Made by a program: the position numbers and the translations under genes. Positions 57,748 to 64,000 of a DNA stretch of 64,000 bases are shown piece by piece. Position 1 is the first letter of the stretch. Each line of letters opens with the position of its first letter. Source of the stretch: the human T2T-CHM13v2.0 reference genome, Homo sapiens; assembly GCF_009914755.1 (NCBI RefSeq), contig NC_060932.1; one strand, 5' to 3'. The notes beneath the pieces were generated by a model, which saw nothing but the letters and a program-made list of their open reading frames with translations, was not told the origin of the DNA and did no database searches.

Positions 57748-58006
57748 CACTTTGGGAAGCCAAGATGGGCGGATCACAAGGTCAGGAGATGGAGACCACC
57801 CTGGCTAACATGGTGAAACCCGTCTCTACTAAAAAAATACAAAAAATTAGCCAGGCTTGGTGGCGGGCACCTGTAGTCCCAGCTACTCAGGAGTCTGAGG
57901 CAGGAGAATGGCATGAACCCGGGAGGCGGAACTTGCAGTGAGCAGAGATGCACCACTGCACTCCAGCCTGGGCGACAGAGTGAGACTCCGTTTCAAAAAA
58001 AAAAAA
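57748..58006 (+). mobile_element. 5'-truncated AluY
   Basis: Starts at CACTTTGGGA; 13-bp TSD AAAGCCAGGCTCA (57737-57749, 58007-58019). Confidence 0.95.
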
Positions 58007-58315
58007 AAAGCCAGGCTCAACTTTAAGGAAAAAATAAAATAAAACACCAAGCTCCGCTCCACTGTGCAGGACACCATGGCATGTGCTTGTCATCAGTTCC
58101 TCCACTCACCTGGGTCCAGGAATTGTCTCCACCATAGAGCTGATGAGACAGAGAGCAGCTTACCCACCTCATAACATACATGGTAAGGCAGCAACCTGAA
58201 ACAAGGCCAGTCTGAGGACAGAGCGCTGATCTTCCAACTGCTATGCTGAAATAACAAAACCACTATGGCCTGGATTAGAACATGGTTGCACCAGTTGTTT
58301 TTTTAAAAAAACATA

Positions 58316-58387
58316 GTATATGTATTATATTATATTATATTATATTATATTATATTATGTTATATTATGGTATATTATATTATATAT
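58316..58387. repeat. (TATTA)n microsatellite
   Basis: Visible tandem repeat. Confidence 0.97.
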
Positions 58388-59404
58388 TTGCCCACTGTTA
58401 TTTCAAACATCCCAAAAGTAATTTCTGAAAGACAATTACAAATGCAGCACTCTTCCTGTTTAAGGTTTTCCAAATTGAAAAGAAGAGAATGGCTGCCTTT
58501 GAAATCAATCAGGACACCTCTGTGGAAAATTACCTGGGCTGTTTCATCCTTGGCGTGAGCAGTGGTGGGAGCTGGCATCCCCTGGAGACACACACGCCTG
58601 GCCCTGGGTCCAGCCAGCACCCACTGGCAACTCAGCCCTGGAGCTGTTGAGATTTTCCTAAATTGTAAAAAATCTGAAAGTTATGTTTTAGAGTAATCTT
58701 TTCTTCTAATTCTTTTTTATTGCCTTTTTATTGCCTCAGGAAAGCAGTAACACAAAAGATCCTTTTACATCTTTTGATTTAAAAAGCAGAATCCAAGAGG
58801 GGCTTGTCTGGCTGTGTTCATGGAGAAAAATCTGTAGCTGATCAGTGCTCATCCTCCCAGGAAAAGCCCCATTACAGCAAACAAGTTCATTTATTTTAGC
58901 CTAGAACTCAAGAAAATTATTCAAAACCCTGAGATACAAAAAACAAGCCAGATCCTCACTTAATTTAATTTTATAAAGAAACCATCATAGTTATGCAAGC
59001 TATAATTTATTTCTTTCATTATGTAAAGGTTTTTCATTATGTAAGGGAGCCCCTACTCCACACCCCTTCCATCCCTGCATATTTTATAGTATATCTTTTC
59101 AGCTTGATTTCAAACTCTTTCAAAGCCCCTGTGATGTAGACTCTTTTTTTAAAAAAGGCATTGATAAGGAATTTAAAGTCATTCAAAAAAAAAAAGTTTC
59201 TGTTTTTTTCTTTTTTCACTAAAGGGTCTTGTTCAATCCTTCTTTTCACTGACTACCTAACAGTGATTGATTGGCAAATAGTAGGCATGCGATATTTGGC
59301 GAGAAGAGGAGAAAGAGAAGGGATTCTGAAGTTGTATAAAACTTGTGATTTACAGCACATCATTAACTACAACAGTAGAGGCTCAGTCCTGGCTCCTAAC
59401 TTCC

Positions 59405-59590
59405 CACTCTGTTATTCTCAGAATGTGGTCCCCACACTGGCTGTGCCATCTTCCCCCAGGAGCAGGTTAGAAATGCAGATTCTCAGGTCCATTACAAACC
59501 CTCTCACTCAGAAATTGGGGGTGGGACCCAACAATTCCTGCCTTAACACACCCTCTAGCTGATTCCCATGGTCGCTGAAGTTTGATCATC
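59405..59590. mobile_element. MER5A hAT MITE
   Basis: TTCTCAGAATGTGGTCCC...GTTAGAAATGCAGATTCTCAGG...GGGGGTGGGACCCA...TTAACA..CCCTC...TGATTC...AAGTTTGA. Confidence 0.85.
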
Positions 59591-60339
59591 TCGGAGGCAA
59601 CCCTATCCTTGCTCCTCTGATTTCCTTCCTGCCATGGGTGAGCAACCCATGGCCTCTGGGGCCTCCCTTCTCCTCCTCTCTGGAGGCAACAGGCTGCTTC
59701 AAACCATCTAATCTCTGAAGATGGAGGGGGGCCAGGGCTCTACTTCTGACCCCTCAGGCTAAGGCACAGCTGGGATGTGAGCCTCATTCCTGACACAGCG
59801 ATGGGGAAGTGGGGCCAGTGGTCACTAAGGCTTCATCAGGGATCAGTTGTGTGTTTTAGGCTGGTACTCAGAAGAATGTCTTTATCCCCAAGGACATATA
59901 ATTTATAGTCACCACCAGAGTTCAGAGCAGCTCTGAAGCCCATACTGGACAAGCACAGGGGGAGGAGGGAAGAAACAGCAGCTCCAGGGCACGATGGTCC
60001 TGCAGGCCTCCTCCCACCCACCTCCTGGAAGTCACGACCTGAGGTGGTGGCAGACCTCCTAATAAGCGTAATTATCTATTATTTATTTATCTAATTATCT
60101 ATTATTTTATTGCATTTTGGACTTGTTTAGGTGTTATGAAATAAAAGCATTTAAAAGAGAGGGAAGAGATGCTTGTCACCAACTTGGAGACAACGATGTC
60201 CCCCAACGAAACTTATTTTCAAATTTGCATTAATGTTAATATATAATAAAGGAATAAAATAAAATGACATGAATAAAAGTAATCAGAGAACTGGAGAAAA
60301 ATGCATCAGGTAACATCCCTTTGGCAAAATTCCAAACAT

Positions 60340-60870
60340 TTAAGAAAAATGATGGTTCCAGCGCAGGACCCGCAGAAGCCGCGCTCTCAGCCGGAATTGC
60401 CTCAGATGTTCCAGGCAGAAGCCCAGGAGGCCTCCAGGAACCGCCAGACCGGCAGGAGGAACGTCGGGGTCCAAGGCACAAGTCAGAGGTTCCTGGTCTG
60501 CAGGGGCCCAAGGCCTGCGTCACTACGGAGGGTAGCCCTTGAGGCGTGGAAAGAAACCCCATTTAGAAGCGTCACTGCTGAGAGCCCTGCCCAGCCTCTC
60601 TGGCCTTCGTGGAGCAGGGCGAGCCAGGGTGTCCAGAAGCCTCTAGTGGAAACCGGAGCAGTACATCGCAGCAGCCCCAGCGCACTATTCTGTGAATCCG
60701 GGATCCGGGTGGGGGCCCTGCAGAGCGCGCAGGAGCAGAGGACGCTGGCTTCCGGGGGATCCTGTTTTCAGGCCCCCCGTCCCCATTCCTAGCGGCAAAC
60801 GTGGAGCGCAGGCACCTTCCAGGCACCCTGCTCTCCCGCTGTGTGCGACTGAAGGCGATACCTTCTATTA
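60340..60870. promoter_or_regulatory. CpG-rich, island-like element
   Basis: Abrupt rise in GC and CpG (GCGCAGGACCCGCAGAAGCCGCGC, GAGCGCGC) within AT-rich flanks; not a recognisable repeat. Confidence 0.6.
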
Positions 60871-63456
60871 TCGCCTTTTCTGCTAAATTAAACAAAAAAC
60901 AGGTTATCACACAATACGGGAAAGCTTTAAACCTCTATAGGTCTGAAGGATGTATGGGCAGAGAAGCTGGAACTCACAAGAAATAGAATTAGCATTCATT
61001 TCCTTTGGCCAGAGAAGACATCACTATTTTATTCAATCCAGGCCTTCCCTTTCCATTCCTTAGAATTAGCTATTGCTACCTCCCAACTATATAGAAGAAC
61101 CATATTAAGTGTTGCTCCTTATCTGGGAGACAGTTGATTCAAGCCCCAGAACAGATTCGTGGAGAATATCGTCACATCCTTCTCTGCTGTCCTAACTGGT
61201 GAAACGAGTGAATGACGGGCCCTTCCCCCGGCCACTGTCTACAAAAATTACTTAGTGATCATTCAAAGGGCCTCACAACTATCTCTACATATTTTCAAAA
61301 GAAAGTGCTAAACGGATTAAACTGATGCTTGTAACCAGAGGAGCTTAAGTAGATGAACTGGTAAAGAAAGTATACATGCACCCATCTTTTACTCACAGCA
61401 GCTCTCCTACTCATGGCTATAAATACCTCCCAGCCTCTTAGGAGTCTGCGGACAGGGATACGCTGCCATTTCCTCTGCTAATCTCTCATTGTTCGGGGGT
61501 CTGGCCAAGTGCCAAAACGGAAAAGTTGCCATGCTTGTTGATTTTTACATGCATGCCTTCCACACAGTAATTATTACTTCCTGGAGGGCTGTGTGCTAAC
61601 CCTAACTTTAGCCATAGATTTACTCTTGTAGTGGTAGGTTGTACACATTTACTGCTGAAAATTAAATCAGAGGGTTTTTTCCTTCATATGGATCCATCTC
61701 AGGTTAATGGAATACATTAGTTCTTCCCCTGTGTCTGATGAGAAGACAAGAATGATAGAAAATTATCTTATTTGAGAATTGTTGCTTTCCTAGATGACAA
61801 AGTACTCATTCTCAAATTAATTTTGCTCAACATGTTTCGCTTCTATCTAAACTAGGGACAACTCCTTAGATGTGGATCTTAGCCAGAAAAGCCTTATACT
61901 TTTCAAAGTTATAATTGCCTCATTACACCAGAGTGTCCACATTTTAGTAGTGAAAGAAATGATTGTTTAGCTTGGAAGACTTTTCAGTCTAAGAAGATAA
62001 AAGCCGGGTGCGGAGTGTGGGTGTGTGAGGGAGCAGCAGTGGCCTCCAGCAGATGAAGTGTTAATGTACGGAGGATGGAGACCAGCTGCTTCCCAGCCCC
62101 ACTGAGAACAGCCCTACAGAAAAGGCTCAAGGGCACCAGGAGAGCTTGAGGGGCTATGGGGAGGTTTCATGGCAGGGTGGGCCGATGCCTCAGGGAGTGG
62201 AGCCCACAGGATTTCTGGAAGAAATTGGGAAATGGCTGAGAAGATTTTTTATGTGCTTTGCACAACTCCTGAATGACGGTAGTTTTAAATATACCATTGG
62301 AATATTTAGCACATGATCACAGTCTTCTTCAACAGACCTCTGCTATGTGCCTACAAGGTATAAATCTCTTGCTGAGTGTGGTACAGCAGCTCCTCCTCAC
62401 TCCCCTGGTGCCATGGAAAATGCAAAGTCTTTGCAGCCCAAAGACTCTGGGTTTGTATTTCAGTTTTGCAACTTGCCACCTTTGTTACTTTGGGCCCATT
62501 ATCCAACCTTTCTGAGTTTAATATCCTTATTCATGAAATACCAACTTCAGAGATAAATTGTAACCATTGAAGAAGATCAAATATATCAGTTTCCTTGTAC
62601 AAGAGCAGGTATGGACATTTAATGATAACATTGAGAGCTCATTATTATGATATATGAGGCAAAGTACTGTTGAGTACTTTATTTATAATACTGAGATTCT
62701 ATTTCTATTTTACACAATAGGAAACGGATACATAACTTGCATAAGGACATAAAGACAACAAGTGGTGAGGCAGTGATGCAATGAATGCATTTGTTGGATT
62801 TAAGAACTTGTGCTTTCCTCACTATAACACAGAGCCCTAGATTATATGAAACAAATTAAAGATACTGAGAATGCTTATGTGCATATGTACATGTTGTTAA
62901 AACCGTAGTTTCCCAAGCACAGGCTTTCAAAATGTTTATTAAACCTTGTCTATACGCACTCTATTTACCCCACTTCTTCACTTTCTTGGACATCCAATCT
63001 ATTTTGGGGATCTGTCATCACTAGGAGACACCAGTAAATTTGCTTCAAGGATCTCTCAGAAATTATCGATCCTATGCAATAAAGGGAAATATGATAAATT
63101 TCTTTTAGATATGTGAGCAATTTTTACCAATTTTTGTCATTTTATTGGTATATTCATTCAACAAACATTTGTTGATATTTGTGTTCTAGATGGTGGGCTG
63201 GGTAATAGGAATTTCTGCTTTAAGGTTGTTTTGTGTAGTGAAAAAGACATTAACAAAAGATTGTGATATAATGAGGTAAGTGATATCATATAAATGGTAT
63301 AAAGCTCCCAGAGGAGGTGAATTTGGTAAAGTATTTCAAAGTAATTGACATTTGATTCCGGTCTTATGTATGTATATAGGAGAGCAGACTTTTACCAAGT
63401 GCAAGATCTTGGTAAAAATTCTAAAAACTCTAAAAATTTACTTGAGATGTATCTTA

Positions 63457-63591
63457 CGCCGGGTGCAGTGGCTCATGCCTATAATCTCAGCACGTTGGGA
63501 GGCCCAGGCAGGTGGATCACGAGGTCAGCAGTTCAAGAGCAGCCTGACCAACATGGTGAAACCCTGTTTCTACTAAAAATACAAAAATTAG
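63457..63591 (+). mobile_element. AluS (Sg-like) left arm ending just after the A-rich linker
   Basis: GCCGGGTGCAGTGGCTCATGCC...GGATCACGAGGTCAG...CTACTAAAAATACAAAAATTAG, then non-Alu sequence. Confidence 0.93.
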
Positions 63592-64000
63592 GGAGCTGAG
63601 AGGGAGCTTTAAGGGGCGGATGGGCAGCAGGTCAGGGTCCTCCGGGGATTAGAACAGGTGGCCATGCTGTGGGTGACATTTCTTGGTGTCTCCTGAGGAG
63701 CCGCCCCCTCGTCAGCCTTGCTCAGCTCTTCATCTCTCTGGTCGCTATCACCGGGGACATGCCGTCCCCAGCTCAGTGACAAAAATGCTGAGTTTCTTCC
63801 GTAGAACACTAGGGAGTCGGTCTATGGGTAAACATGCAGAGAAGGAACGACTCCGAGAAGCACAATGCGCTGCCACACATATTCCTGCCCCTGGAGATTC
63901 CAGGTCCATCATCACGTGTCAGGTGTCCCTTCTGGATGGTACTGATGTTAGTGTGGACTTGCCAAAAAAAGCCAAAGGGCAAGAGTTGTTTGATCAGATT
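63592..64000 (+). pseudogene. EPB41L5: Processed pseudogene (retrocopy) of EPB41L5: 5' UTR plus N-terminal 72 codons, runs off the window edge
   Basis: ATG 63785 gives [72 protein letters not shown]. This is 66/72 identical to my recalled EPB41L5 N-terminus and FERM start. The GC-rich UTR is contiguous with the CDS and no intron is visible. The symbol names the parent gene. Confidence 0.9.

Overview
Primate (human-like) genomic DNA, rich in repeats and mostly non-coding. It contains about 18 Alus, old L1s, MaLR/ERVL/ERV1 solo LTRs (several with intact target-site duplications, TSDs), Tigger/MER DNA transposons, MIR/L2 remnants, and a heavily decayed pol region of an LTR retroelement. There is one strong CpG island (~19.8-20.6 kb) and a second CpG-rich block (~60.3-60.9 kb). 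The only recognisable cellular protein sequence is the 5' end of an intronless EPB41L5 retrocopy at the right edge, joined directly to an Alu left arm. The most unusual structures are two inverted duplications. The first is a ~470-bp segment copied in inverted and apparently circularly permuted form into an L1 about 1.6 kb away. The second is a ~0.9-kb homogenised tract between two tail-to-tail L1MC-type elements about 8 kb apart. I see no intact protein-coding gene and no evidence for a new multi-gene system. Repeat family names come from my recall of consensus sequences, not from a database search, and many boundaries are approximate.
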